Source: Tubiluchus corallicola
Taxonomy: Eukaryota > Animalia > Priapulida
DNA: 64,000 bases
Reading direction: 5' to 3'
Assembly (NCBI GenBank): GCA_030141605.1
Contig: JAQGDQ010000383.1
Coordinates: forward strand, 1 to 64,000
The position numbers and the translations under genes were made by a program. The number at the start of each line of letters is the position of its first letter. The stretch's first letter is position 1. This document shows, one piece after another, positions 12,401-26,125 of the stretch. The notes under the pieces are model-generated. The model worked only from the letters and a program-made list of their open reading frames with translations, made no database searches and had not been told where the DNA came from.

Positions 12401-13459
12401 ATTTCAACACAACCGTATCGAAAAAACAGATTTTAAACCAAATGTTACCAAAGTTTGAGGGTCTTGAATGGCCCTAGGCTACAGGCTATACTAGCTTATA
12501 GGATAATCCAGCACTGATTGTCGTGTAGTGTTACAGTTATCTAATGCAATACAGTGCATTTCAGTAGAATACAAGAGAAAGAAACAGGCAAGCAGCGGGT
12601 GTCATCGCAGCTTCACATACATTGCGTTTCTCCCCATCCCGTGACCGTAGCTTCACCGTAATCGTGTTTGTTCTTATCCAAGTAAATCCACTGAGCATTT
12701 AAGCTGAAGTCTATATAATTTTTCAGTTTTATGACTGCTACATCGTTCTCAAACGTTTCTATTGAAAAGTCGGGGTGTACGTAATAACTGTAAACCTGTA
12801 AAAAATAAAACGAGATTTTTGTAACTTACAGACATCGTCATCGTCATCACCATCGTTGTCGTCGTCGTCGTCGTCGTTGTCGTCATCGTCATGATCATCA
12901 TTATCATCAACATAATCATCATCGTTCCAATCTTACATTATGGATTTGAATATTTTAGTACTCCAACTAAATACGTTCTTTATCATTAAAACGTTTGAAA
13001 AATCATAGAGTCAGCACAATTTAGTACGATTTCTGCGCAGTTTTTAAACTAGTTATTAGTGTTTTTACAGCTGAACAAATAAAGTAAAAAACATGATTTT
13101 TGTGGGACCGTTTTTTATTGGTGATTCGAAAATCTATTCGAAAATTTTGAAAACAGAATTCCAATTCGATTTGGATTCGAAAATGCTGAAATTTGATTTG
13201 ATTCGAGTTTGAAAGTCACAAATTCGATTCGATTGTAATTCGCTTTCTGGTAGAGAATGCCCAATTCCAGATTACAGAACTACATCCAGATCCAGAAAAG
13301 GACAACAAGCAGCGGATATACATTACAATTGCTATTCGTTTTCCTCAAAGTCTGCTAGACTTCTACCAAGTACCTGACGAAGTCACGATGATGATGATGA
13401 AGATGATGATGACGATGATGATGATGATGATGACGACGACGATGACGACGATGATGATA

Positions 13460-13521
<62 letters not shown>

Positions 13522-15037
13522 GCTGTTTAATGTACACATTAGGCTGATGATATTATTCTGTAACCTTTGCTAACTGCATAGCTGTAAACCCTAACCCTAA
13601 TCCGTTGACTGGGGTTGTAATTTATTTGTCAGTGCAGCCACCTTGCGCGTGGTGCTTTATATACAGGAGTGAAGTCTTTCATGCTAACTAACAACGTTAC
13701 ACAACAAGGTGTATAGCACGATATTACGTTATAACCTTGCGTTACCCCTCCACCTACACGTTAAAATTTATTTAATAAAATATTTATACTCAGTTCAGTT
13801 AGAAATCATTAATGAACCAAAATTTTAGTATGAGACAAACTGCTGGGTTACAAATTAAAACGATCATAATATAAGAGGTCTTTACATATTATATTAGCTG
13901 TTCGTAAATATAAATATCTGTTCGTGTGCTGAGTTAAATTAGTCAAAATATTTGAGGTAAATTATAGACACTTGCCTTCATTTCCTCTCCGCCATCATAG
14001 TTACTATGTCCGATTTTCACAGAGAAATCATCATTGTCATAACTGGAAAGGCAGAAAACTTCATGAAATGTGATCGCTGATGCAGATAACTGTAATTTGG
14101 CCAGCTCGGCCTGATAGTTCAGCGATATTCGCCATTGAAAATAAAGCCACCTTATTTGATTACATTGATTAGTTGGTTTCGCTCAATCGCATATGGGTAG
14201 ATGACTCTGTATTGCGTACTGTGTGAGGTGTTAGAACAAATGGTAGGGCGAGTCGCCTGGTAGCCCAAGGTTCTGGGTTCGAGATTTTGTAGACACACAA
14301 TTTTTCGGGGTTTCTCCCTTCAACTGATTTGCCGTTAGTTTACTATGTAAAAACTGTTAGGTTAATTAATTCTGACTTATCTCGGTTCAGTATTTAAAAA
14401 TAATCAAATGAAAACATTATGCACACAACATGACGATAACTGGACTGACGTACAGATCAGGTTTAGACTGAAAACCTACCGACTTCTTTGCTAACACGGT
14501 ATAATAAGGAATGGAAGGAAGAAGAAAAAGAAAAAGAAGGCACATCAAAACAAAAGTTTAGTATTGAATAATAAGAGCTTTTAATAAGTAGGCTTTCTTA
14601 CCCATAAAGGCAATGTGCGGCAGTAAGAATTAGCCGATTTGATATAATTGATCCGCCACAGATGAATCTATCCCAGGCAAATATAGCCGCCTGTGTGGGA
14701 CAAAATAGTAATTACACTGTATAAGGTAAATGAATCAATGCTAGACTAAGCATAACTGTGTAGGATAAAATAATTTCTTAATCTGAATAGTAATCTTAAA
14801 TATAAGTTAACCCTAGCGGTATTTTTAAATAAGTTATCTTTACACTAGCATATCTTAATTTTTCACAAACTTGTCTTTTGTTTGTCAAAGTCTTCGGTGT
14901 ATATTAACATTGTATATAAAATTGATATTCTAGAAATACTACACTAACGTATTTTCTAAACAGTGCTAATATCGTGTTGAAAATCTTGGCACAATTTTTT
15001 GAGCCACCTGATATATATATATATATTTACCTGAAGG

Positions 15038-15071
<34 letters not shown>

Positions 15072-16164
15072 CAATTCCGGGAATAGAGTTATCGTGAGTG
15101 GCCAAAAGCTAACTACATAGATAAACCACAAGACACATAACAATAGGAGCCTGTTAACTTTTGGGAATTTTTCAAAAAATTGGTAAAAAGTTAAAAAAAT
15201 CCTTCTGATTCGGCAATTTTAAATCTGACACAGATTATTATGCACATTTAAATTCATTAAGCATTATTATCAGCTCTAATAGTGATCTAGAGCTGTTAAT
15301 GATCAATCAAGGAAAATCTGGTAGTTTTTCAAAACAAACTAGTTTTGAACAGCCAGGACAGCTCTATTTAGCCCCATTCTTTTATCTCTGTCTAGATAAT
15401 TCGGAAATGAAAGTGATTCACTACAGAATTACAGAAAGAATTCACAACACTGACCATGTACGGGAATAGCTGAATTGACGTTTCGGTTCCTGACAGTATT
15501 CGCAAATTTTGCAAATCATCAGCTGACTCTAAAATGTAATATCAGAATTGCATTATTTAACCGCTACAATTTTACACCTGTGATGCCTGCCTAACATGAC
15601 AATTTTTGGGTATTAATTATCGTCTTAAAACTTTTTGTGAATGTACAAAGGTAACAGGATGTTAAGAAATGAAAGACCAATTAGGCTTTAAAAACTTATC
15701 ATAAGTATATAATATGTATTTTTGTATATATATGTGTACACAGTAAGTATATGAATGCCTTCTAATGTCTTATAATACTTTTTCCTAATTTTTCAAATTA
15801 TTGCCCAATCTTTCTAATTCTTACAACATTATCAACGGAAAGAAAAAAATGAACGAACTTCTCAAAGAAATTATTCATGACACCAATCTGGTTGAAAACC
15901 TGCAATGGTATCCCTTCAAATCAAATGACTGTCAGAGCTGCGTACGACGGCAATTGACATCAGACATTAAAACATGTGTTCTCTACTCAAAATCAAATGC
16001 TCTTTGTTGTGATGAAATCAGTTTCTATCTAATCCTTGGAAGTTGGGAAAGGTAAGATTGTTAGTACATAAAAGCATACCGATATTCTTTCCCTCGCTTA
16101 AAACCGGTCCGCACAAACCAGTAAATCCCACAATCCATGCAACGATTAATGAAAAACACTTCAT
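9418..16164 (-). CDS. Secreted trypsin-family (S1A) serine protease homolog, catalytic Ser->Ala; 7 exons, 269 aa
   Basis: Exons 16164-16080, 15528-15455, 14690-14602, 14042-13976, 12795-12621, 11763-11603, 9576-9418 (810 nt, all phases compatible). Signal peptide MKCFSLIVAWIVGFTGLCG; activation site R|ILSG; FPYM, CGGSII, LTAAHC, HPDF, ENDVAVIKL, TGWG, DGMMCA, GDAGNP, GIVSWG, VYTRVS..YDWI. AATAAA at ~9313-9308. Confidence 0.92.
9615..9990 (-). mobile_element. Degenerate CR1/L2-type LINE 3' fragment in the last intron of the protease homolog
   Basis: Translates to WNSLPSSVNDAP (LINE ORF2 C-terminal WNxLP motif), followed by a short UTR and an AATAAA/A-rich tail. Boundaries approximate. Confidence 0.6.
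10967..11255. repeat. 47-48 bp minisatellite, ~6 units
   Basis: Consensus ctgtgacatcacttgatgcatccgtcacaaaacacattacctcaccat. Confidence 0.95.
12140..12516 (+). mobile_element. hAT-like MITE family, copy 1
   Basis: ttatcctttgggggccc...ggataatccagcactg. Homologous to 21245-21586 and 37993-38353. Termini of the CAG..CTGGATTA type. Confidence 0.7.
12833..12925. repeat. (TCG/TCA)n microsatellite
   Basis: Direct reading. Confidence 0.9.
13386..13520. repeat. (GAT)n microsatellite
   Basis: Direct reading. Source of the poly-His and poly-Met ORFs. Confidence 0.95.
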
Positions 16165-17660
16165 ATTTCATTCAAAGTGCTGTCTCCAAAAATTTCCAAA
16201 GTTGTTCCCTTCAATATGTTCACCCGTCTCAAAAGAAAACAAGTGTCAAGCAAATCAGTCGGATATTTATTCGGATTAGTCTACGTATCAGCAGCCTAAA
16301 ATGTTGGTAAATGGTCTTAGGTCTACGTGTTTGTTTACTGCATGTGAAACTGACAGGTGTAGCAGTTTATCAGGGGTGAGACACAAACAACGACATCATG
16401 AAAATCCGTTTCGATAGTTCGCAAAAACAATTTAAGACAATTTTCGGTAATAAAACCAAAGTGGCAAACGAAGCAGTTTTGGTAAAAATGTAATGTAAGT
16501 TTTCTTGGCTACGCGCTTCCGCATCTTGTGATAAAAATACGGATATCCTATCCTCCTTCAAGTGCTAAGTGGGCCTACAACTTATTGAAACCGTATTAGT
16601 TGCTGTCTTAGAGTAATAGTAGTTGCAACATTCATTTGCTGGGTGTATAGGTAACGACCAAATTTTAAAAGCCATGCATTAAATAAAAAGGGTTAAATAA
16701 AACATGCTAGCGGAACTGCACACTGGAGAGCCGTCAGTTACAGTTGTGTAGAAGAATTCATAAGGTTACTGGTATTTTCGTGTGCAGATGTAATACCTTT
16801 TAGAATTCATCTGTGTACACTGCCTTTTTAATCCTTGTCTATGGGTAGATATAATAATTATTTTCGGATGTCCCTTGGGCCTACAGCTATTCAAGAATTG
16901 GAGACACGCCTTAATTTAGTATGCACTGTGTTTTGTGCTTCTTTGCAGAGATTATTCGCATTGTTTATGAGATCAGTATAAAAAGATATATTTCACAACT
17001 GACCGTCACAACAATAAAACATTAAGGGTTAAACTATTGTCCGCTTGTAAGGGCACTTAGTGCTTTTATGTTAAGAAATTAAAGACAATTTTGTCTAAAC
17101 ATTCCCACTGTTTTGACATTTTGTAGCGGAGCGCTCGCTCACCCCACAGTTCCCTCACTTTGACACTCCTTCTGAAAGTCATGCGCCAGAATTTTTAAAT
17201 ACGAATTAGTGTCATACTTTATTTTCTTCATATTGTTAGACTTATCAAGCAAAAATATTGTTTTCACGGTAGTTTTTTCTCTTAATTATTGGGCTTCGTT
17301 TAATTGGCACTTTTCAAGTGTATATCAGATCAATAAAAAAATGAAAAAACTACGCAAGGTTACAGGGTGTAAAGTTTTAATTATAGACTTGGATTTATCA
17401 AGGATGTAACATAATAATGTTACTTATACATATAGTAGTTTATATTGTTCTGAAAATTTCCCTTTACTTGTCCTTTATTCTAAGTTTATACTTACTTAGA
17501 ATTGCCTGTAAAACTTGGTTTCATTATATGCATTTAGTAGGTCAGCCAATCAGAATCGAGAACGTTTTTAGTCTACTCATTGGAAGCGAAGAAATCGCCA
17601 CGTCTTTTATTTTTTCTCTAATGTTAAATTTAAAATAAAAGTTTTTGTGATTACTTCAAA

Positions 17661-17670
<10 letters not shown>

Positions 17671-17743
<73 letters not shown>
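17671..17743. repeat. (TA)n microsatellite
   Basis: Direct reading. Confidence 0.95.
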
Positions 17744-17748
<5 letters not shown>

Positions 17749-19959
17749 TTATTACATATATAGATGTATCGCAAATATGTTTAATTCGAACAAATAATTT
17801 TCAATTAATTCACGGAAATATATTCACGAAAATATTTTGTATTATATCTGAATAAAAAGTCACATTTGCAGGTTATGCTAGAGAAAATATCACTGGGGTG
17901 TAAAAATAAAGAAACGTAATTAAATAAAATGGATTAAAAACCCTAAAAACCGTTATGAGATTTACGTAGTGTAATTGCAAAACGTTAAAAGTAAATTAGT
18001 CCAACACTTGAGATCTAACAAGAAACATACTAGCTCAGATATCCGGAGACCAAATGATTAATAAATTTAATGTTACGTGTTCATAAATGTGTGCAATTAA
18101 AAATTATGTAAAATACGTAATTGCAGCATGCATTTTACATAGCACGCGCGTACTACAGACCATAAACTTCGATAGAGCGAGAAAGAATATTAACATTAAC
18201 TTCAAGCATATTTCAAAGATAAAGTTCTCAAGATGTTATATAATTTTCCTATTGTGATGAATAATACTCTTGAATACCTGTTTATATTATCATAATAACT
18301 ATTAACAAAAAATATGGTTATCATATTAAGCAACTTATTGTGGCTTTAAACAATCATTCGTATAAGAAACCACATAAGTGGACTATAGATTTCATAAATA
18401 CAGAACTTTATAATTTACATCAAAATGTTGTAAATAAATTATGCATTATAACAAGCTAATGAAAGAACAAGTTTTAACCACAACTCTTAAGGTTTTGTGC
18501 TACATAATATACATTCTGTTAATAATGAAGTACATAGTAGCTAATGAGCAATTTAGCTTTAATAACACGATTAATTTGATGAGAACTAACTAAACAATTA
18601 GTGATTCATTAACTTAATTATTTCAAGATAGTTTCACGAGAAGGTGTTAGTTGCCCATTTGAATGCCACGCAGTTCAGGAAAATTCAGATTGCTTTACGT
18701 TAAGATAATATGCAAAAAGTCCCTTTCCCCATCCTCTTTTTGGAACTTTGTGTGGTGCTCATTGACTACTGAGCACCAAGAGCCTTTTACAACCATCTGC
18801 GTGGAGGCATAATCACCTCTTAGACCAGATAGTTCCTTCACGGCAATTTTGTAACAAAGTACTGCAGTATATTACATCGGGCGGGTAACAAAATTAGTTA
18901 CAATTATAGGCCCACAAAATTGCATGATGATAGCTAATAGTAATGTACCAAGAGATCATTGGACATGGTGAGGAGTGGCAATTGAACTAAAATTTGGCAG
19001 ATCGAGTCGGTTATGCCATCCCGAAATAATATGCACCTTATTTTTTAATCGTTTGAATGAGATCGAAAAGAAAATTTCATAAAGTGGACCGAATGGGTAA
19101 TATTATCTGACACTAAAACTGTACATGCAATGATTCAATACTTGCAATCTTAAAACACAGGATATTGGTTGTGCTTATTTTGCATTCTTTATTTTACTAT
19201 AAGCCTAGAACAGGTAATATTTTGTATTTCGTTCTACTGTACCCAAGACCTGTTTTAACATGCCAGTTTACAGTGCACTTGAAAGAGTACTTAATCGCAG
19301 ACAATATTAATAGAACTTTGACTATTATGCTATTGACAGCTGTTCACTTTGCAAACCCCCCAAAAAGCTTCTTGTTAAAACCAGTATTCTTACACCACAG
19401 TGCCGATAGGGTCTTGCCGGAAGCATAAACCCAATAATGTAGTACGTTCTCCGATTTTGTCCCAACTTGCCTTTGTTATTAAATGCTTAATGAATTGAAA
19501 ACGTTTTAAAAACCACTTTCAAATTGCACCATTGCATAATTTTCTGAAACCTTTCGAGACACCAGTTTGAAAGTATCGCTAAAATCACGACGGTGTTGGT
19601 CGCACAAAAAGAAGGGTTTTATTATATCACACTGTGAGGGCTAGTGAAGATGTGCCCTACTTCCTTTTCGGGGTCTTCCAGCTTCCGTTATGGCGATTTC
19701 ATAGGTTTGCCAGCAAATTTTTTTGATTTTTAATGCATCTGGACTTAAAAAGTAATAACAGCTAGTTAGAGTGATAGCAAAACTTTTACGAATCATGTCT
19801 GTTACTTTTCACATAAACGTTTTTTTCATTGTATAGGTCATAAAAAGTTTAGTGTGAGCGAATTCGACTCCCAGGGCTCGAGGGCCAAATTTCAAAGATG
19901 AGCCAGCATTAGGGCGAAGATTGCCTGCTTGGTTTGATGTTAATGACGACTGATTGGCC

Positions 19960-22900
19960 ATGTCATCAATATCAAAAGGGCGCGATGTACCTATTTTCAT
20001 AGGCAACAAAAAGCGAAAACGAAGTGAAAATATCATACTTTTCGACGAAAGCGAAGGAGACACTAATGAACAGGATAATAAGCGGGTTGGTTCACATTCT
20101 GCGAAGCGGCTTAAATCAGCAAGATCACAAGTCATGCAAAGAAATGAAAAGAAGGTACAGAAACTAACAGCTAGACTTGACTATCTTCAGAAAGATGTAC
20201 AGTTATGTAGGACCACTACATCTTCATCGTCTACCATGCCTGCAAAATCGGAAGTGGCTCAAATAAATGAAAAAAATGTAAAGAGACTAACAGCAAGACT
20301 TGAACGACTTTTTCGCAGAAGTGCACACTTACATAAATTCTCTTCATCTGCCTTCAACTCAAACTTGAGCAAGAAGCAAAAGACAGCCAGTCATTTACAG
20401 GCACCTAACATTACTTTAAATAATGTCAATTTTGAGGGATTGGACTTGTATCCAAAAATTATCAACAACTCTTACTATTTAGCACTAGACTGTGAGATGG
20501 TTGGTGTTGGTCCACGAAAGTTGAGTGCGCTAGGTATATTTTTTATCAGTTTTCTAACTTATTATGATTTTTACGACATAAGAAATAAGTTTCCTTCTTT
20601 ACATTAGTTCTTCTTATGTAACATAATTAAATACTTCGGTACATCACTTAACAATTCATGTGGCAAATGAAGCACTTTGATTAGTTTTTTCTTCATTGAC
20701 AGCTTATTTTGGATGTACAAGCCATCAAAATTTGGCTGTTTTTTATACATGTTTGTAATGGTACATAGACACAGTTAATTATTTATAATCTTAATTTCAG
20801 TCCTGAGGAATTATTAACGATGGCATGAACCCACAATTAAATAATGTTGACAAAACACAAATAATCAAAATTAATCCAGTCATTGTGGTGAAATTTTAAT
20901 AGCAGAGTTGATATATGTGCTGTGCTTTACACGAATAACTGTTTAAATGCAATATTCATTCTTTGCCATACTGATCCTAGCTGTTTATCTAGTAGAGAAG
21001 GGATGTGTTATACATCGGAATGTGGTCAAGATGTATACATGAGTCTGTCTGTTCAGTGGCTCTTAGAGCGGTATTCTAGATAGTGAACCCAGGCTCTGGT
21101 CAGAGTCAAACGCAGTTGAATGATGGAGTCAGTTTGCAGTGGCACCGGAACATATACAAAATAACAATAATTTTGTGTGGTTTTTGGAACCTTGCCTCTT
21201 TGACGTATAGGCTTTGAAACACTTCTCTAATGAAACATCCACAAAGGGCTGGATTATGACCTTTTGGGGCCCCTAGGATAACGAAATTATGATCCATCCT
21301 TAGGTGGAACCACCCCCTAACTTGCTCGCAACCATTTTTTACTTGTGATGTATTTTAGTGATATTTATGTAGCTTGCAAAGAAGTAAAGTCATTGCAAAT
21401 TCTTTCACTAGTCTAGAATAGCTATCTTTTGTTTGTCAATAAAAATATACTTTAAGAAATATCACTATTTTACTATTTATTGTACGTTTACCAAAGTAGT
21501 GGCTTTTTCAACACAGCCATAGTGAAAAAAACTGATTTTTTTACTGTTCCTGAAGCTTGAGAGCCCCTATAACATAATACGGCACTACATCCACACATAC
21601 TGTACCTGTGTATGTATTACATTTAATTAATGTCTATTAGTAGTATACTTTTACTTTGACTTGCCACTTGTGTTTCAGCAAGATGCAGTGTCACAGACTA
21701 CGACGGGAATATTGTCTTAGACGAATACGTGAAGCCAAAAGAGAAAATTACTGATTATCGCACAAAATACAGTGGTATCCTCCCACAACACATGTACCTT
21801 GCTCTTCCTTATGATTTGATACAAGAAAGAATATCTGCTATCCTGCAAGTATGCTGATTTTAGTTTAAACTGTTATTAATGTTACTTCATTCGGCTAGAC
21901 CAATGATACAAATGTCAGTCAGTCTTTCTTTCTTGTACCTCACCTGATAGTGATCAAAATAATCTTTATTTTGCATGTGTAATTATTATATATATATATA
22001 TGTACACGCTTGAACATGAGTGTACATGTAGAGGAGTGTTATGCCAAATCTGGATACGATTTGACAGTATAACATCATTACAGCACACTTAATAGAGACC
22101 CAGAAAAAGTACTCTATAACCGAGTTACTCTATGTTTAGCGTACGCGGCTAATAACATATGTATATATAGATATATATATATATGACTAGTAGATAGACA
22201 AGCACGTATTAATAATAAAAGTGCACAAGTTATACATTGGACAAATAATGTGCAATGTGTGGCTTCATAAAGGATGTAAAGTACTTTCAGAAGATGCTGT
22301 CAAGTATCAAGTACTTTGCCTTATATGCAAATTTAATGAATGTTTCACATGAAATTGCATGTACATGTTCGTTTTGTGACATATTCAGTAAAGTCGGTGA
22401 GATTTAAAAGATCAGTCAGTTTGTTTGCACAATATTTCTGTTTGTCTCTTGTATAAAAGGTTTTTGAAGCAAACTGACTATAGTAGGATTCATCACTTTA
22501 TGAAACATCTCAGCAGTGTGCTGGCAGTAGACATATACCTGGATGCTAAGCCCCTGAGTGACTCATTGTTTTTTATACAGCTATGTTAGACAAAATGACT
22601 TTTCCACACGGCATGTTAACAACTCTGCGTGCTGCATGCCCAACAACTTTTTTGCAGCACCAAGAACAACGGGTTAAATTTAACTGTAAATTAATTTGCA
22701 AACGGCTGGCTCTTTAACGTACACAATAAAAACTTATAAATATGTAATAATGCAATGTGTCCGACAAAAATTGTGCAGTACGCAATAACAGAGTTCGCTG
22801 TATTCAAAGCTGTTATATTAGCTAAATGAATGAAAGTTTGGCCTTTTTTGTGAGTTTGCATTACCAGTGTATCGCTATAATTATGTTGTGGTGTGTTATG

Positions 22901-24860
22901 GTATGTTATATAGTGAACAGTGTTCACTATAATCGTGTTATGCTGTAGCTTGTTTAATTTTTTTCAAAATATATTGCATTATTAATATAATTTTTTTGTT
23001 TTGCATCCACCAAACAATGATCAGAATCAGTGCATATTAACTTGATTTCAATACAATTATCCAAATTAATTTCTGCTTTTTGCATTAAAATGTTTATTAT
23101 TTGCATATTTCTAACCTTTGTAATTATTTATTCATTACACAGGGTAAAATTTTGGTTGGCCATGCAGTGTTCAATGATCTTAAGGTGTTGAACTACACCC
23201 ATCCTCAAAATATGATAGCTGACACAGTGGAGTCGAAGACACTTCGAACATTGGCAGGATATGGGCCTGTTAAGGGAGTGTCATTGAAGAAACTATCATG
23301 GGCTTTGCTTGGTAACTAGACGCCTAAATCTTTTAACTAGATGTAATTGGTTTCTGCTAATACAGTAGGTGCCGCTTAATAGAGTCACTTTGGGACCGAA
23401 GTGTTTTGACCCAATTAACCGACTGAACCTATTAACCGATGGGTATACTAATACTGGGACAGAGATATGAGTCACCAGCTTACTATGCACTGCACAGGTT
23501 TTTAATGAATTTTAGAAACGAAGCAAATCCTAAATATCTTTGTACAATTAAAAATTAGAAAAAAAACTTTTAAAATATTAATTTATATAAGTGAATTAGC
23601 AATAAATTAAAAAGTACATTTTTTAAATCGCACAAGTCTACTTATTTGCAAAAATTACAAAAGTTCCCTCGAAGTTGGCTGCTTCATTTTATCACGAAGA
23701 AGTTGGCCCACAAAGTTCTCAAAATGATAAAAACGTTGAAAATCTGTTTTTGTATGATGCACAAATTCTCTTAAAATACTTAGTGCTTGGCATGCTTAAA
23801 CTGTTGGTGGTGCCTGTGTTTCCCCATAGCTTCGTTTGTAGCTTCGCCTAAGCTCCAGCTTGCTATAATCGTGACGTACTTATTGCACTGTACCTGCGTC
23901 CCTGGCATATCAGCAACATCCAACTGATAGAGCTTCAAAATCAAAGCCCTAAACAAGTGATTAAATGTTTAGCTTCCAGGAATTCTTGGGTAACGAGGTT
24001 AATTGCAGTGGACAGCGGGTCAAAGCAAACCATTAGGCTAGCATAATTAGGGTATGCTAAACGTTCCTGCTTACAAACAAAACGGTACTTAACATGATTG
24101 TTTGTATGTATATTATAGGACAAAAGCGAACTAAGATGATATAAAAGTTATAAAAGCTTATTAGTCACACGAGTGTCTTATTGAAGCATGTGAAGGAAAA
24201 ATATTGAGTCAATTATGCGGAGTTATTTGAGTCAATTACCGATAGTTTTTGTGTACCTTTGAACAGAAGCGACCCGTACCAGGTGTTTTTGAGTATATTA
24301 ACAGAGAGTCTATTAAGCGGTGCCTACTGTCTTAGCAATTGATGGTACATAGAGCTAATTTTGTTTCTAGTATTGGTGTGCTACTCCTAGAGTAAGTGTG
24401 CACCTGTACACTGTACAGCCTGTATGACATTGCTATGCAATAGCATTTGTAATGTCTTTCATACCAACATCCATCTTTGAATTGTGCCGAATGCTGAAAA
24501 ATTAATGAAGATGATATTCTAACATTTAACATCACTAATGCTTCCTAGTAGTATTAGGCAGTACATCCAACAATATATTTGCACAGCTGCTAAAGAATTA
24601 TAATGTTGTTGACTACATGCTGGTATTTGCAAATTATTTCAGGTAAGAAAATACAGTGCAGGACACATTGCTCAGTGGAAGATGCTCGGGCCACCATGTC
24701 GTTATTTAAACTGGTTCAGCAAACCTGGGAGAAGCAACACGGTTTCATCAACAAAGCGGATTCGTCAGACGTAATAAGGAATGACTCAGGATACAGTTCT
24801 GATGACAACTCTTCTTTTTTCAGCGACGAATACTGGCCTGAAGAGATGGCTCACATGTGA
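19960..24860 (+). CDS. DEDDh 3'-5' exonuclease, AEN/ISG20L2 (REXO4-related) group; 4 coding exons, 376 aa
   Basis: Exons 19960-20533, 21679-21848, 23143-23311, 24643-24860 (1131 nt, GT-AG, phases compatible). Motifs ALDCEMVGVG, ARCS, ITDYRTKYSGI, GKILVGHAVFNDLKVL, SLKKLS, HCSVEDARATM; all catalytic D-E-D-H-D residues present. The C-terminal DEYWP resembles AEN/ISG20L2. Confidence 0.93.
21245..21586 (+). mobile_element. hAT-like MITE family, copy 2 (intron 1 of the exonuclease gene)
   Basis: agggctggattatgaccttttggggcccctagg...cataatacggcact. Confidence 0.75.
23363..24329. mobile_element. Tc1/mariner-pogo-type non-autonomous element (intron 3 of the exonuclease gene)
   Basis: TA|CAGTAGGTGCCGCTTAATAGA ... 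TCTATTAAGCGGTGCCTACTG inverted termini. Confidence 0.8.
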
Positions 24861-25899
24861 CAGAAATTAAATACTGACGTGTGATTTCAGTAGGCCTGCT
24901 ATTTTAAGCATCCAAGCAAGACAATATGAAACTGTAACAAAATGTGAAATTACAAGTCATTGCATTGCATTTTTGTATTTGGTTGATCAATATTTTGGTT
25001 GAAAATCTTCCAGAGATGACCCACTTCAAATAAACATTAACTGTATTCAACTTGTGGGTTGTTATTGTCTGTCTGCATTTCGTTCTTAAACTTACAAGGT
25101 TTTCTTCTTTCATCTTTATGTCACCTGACTTCTATGTACCAAGACCATTAACTTTTAAAGGAAATCAGGGTGATTTTGCATATCCTACCACATTTTGGAG
25201 TACGGTAGAAAGTATACATTTTAGCAATTTTAATAAAGCCGTACTGTTTCTGATAATTAAATAGAAACTGAATTCACAGATAGCGAGTGATGACGTGCTA
25301 GATTTTTAACTGCACAAACTTTCCACAGGCTTGGTGTAGCACCTGCACACAGTGCGCTATATGGTCCAGCCCCATGTACTGCAGGTGGTATACGGGCTGC
25401 CCAAGTATTGCACGAGAATTCGTCAGGAACTGAGCCAAGTTTAGTTTAGTGGCAGTGTTTGTTCTCCTTGTTTAATTAATTAATTAATACTAATAATAAT
25501 TTAAAATATCAATAAAATTTAAGTACAGGGCAATTAATTAAAATAAGTTATATATTCGATAAAATAAAGCAATATTTGACTGAATTAGCACTGCACTTTT
25601 CATGTATTACAAAACATAAATAAATACAAATTATTGCAAAGAAATAAGAACAAAGTAAAAAACAGTCGTACGCTAAACTACAATAATATTAGACAACTAA
25701 AATTTTAATTTTTTTAAAATGCAAGCTTTTGTCACATCATGCATGTACTGTCACTTAAGCAATAGATATGATCTCTAATAATACAGTAAACCACAAAAGA
25801 TGTAAATGGCTTGAGCTTGGTGCAAAGCAAACCCACACAAAAGTTAATAAACACTAGGATTTTTCACTTAACGCTTTTTAAAATTAAATTTAGGTATCT

Positions 25900-26125
25900 C
25901 ACCAAATTTAATCCACTTACATAGTCATACCATAGGGGCGTACTGCCACTCTTAAAATATAAGAGTGGTAGAGATTAATTGAGCAAGCTCATTGTAACCC
26001 CGTATTTCGGATCTAAATATCTGTCCAGCTTGTTCTTGAAGTTGTTCACTGAAGAGTCTCTAGCATATCAGATTGGAGTAAATTTCACTCTCTAACCACT
26101 CTTTCCGTGAAAAAGTGATACCTTC
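25900..26125 (-). mobile_element. Degenerate CR1 LINE 3' fragment
   Basis: Minus-strand translation HFFTERVVRE*NLL...SSVNNFKNKLDRYL, with a frameshift, matches the CR1 ORF2 C-terminus. Confidence 0.75.

Noticed and set aside
13320-13373. Exon-like VLGRSLADFEENE segment in protease intron 4
   Set aside because: In-frame TAG and no phase-compatible donor; exon 14042-13976 already encodes this part of the fold.
13585-13602. CCCTAA x2 telomere-like motif
   Set aside because: Only two units; common by chance or inside repeats.
14225-14290. tRNA gene candidates here and near 10830-10885, 28100-28155 and 33655-33735
   Set aside because: Only partial A/B boxes with no complete cloverleaf; at most decayed SINE heads.
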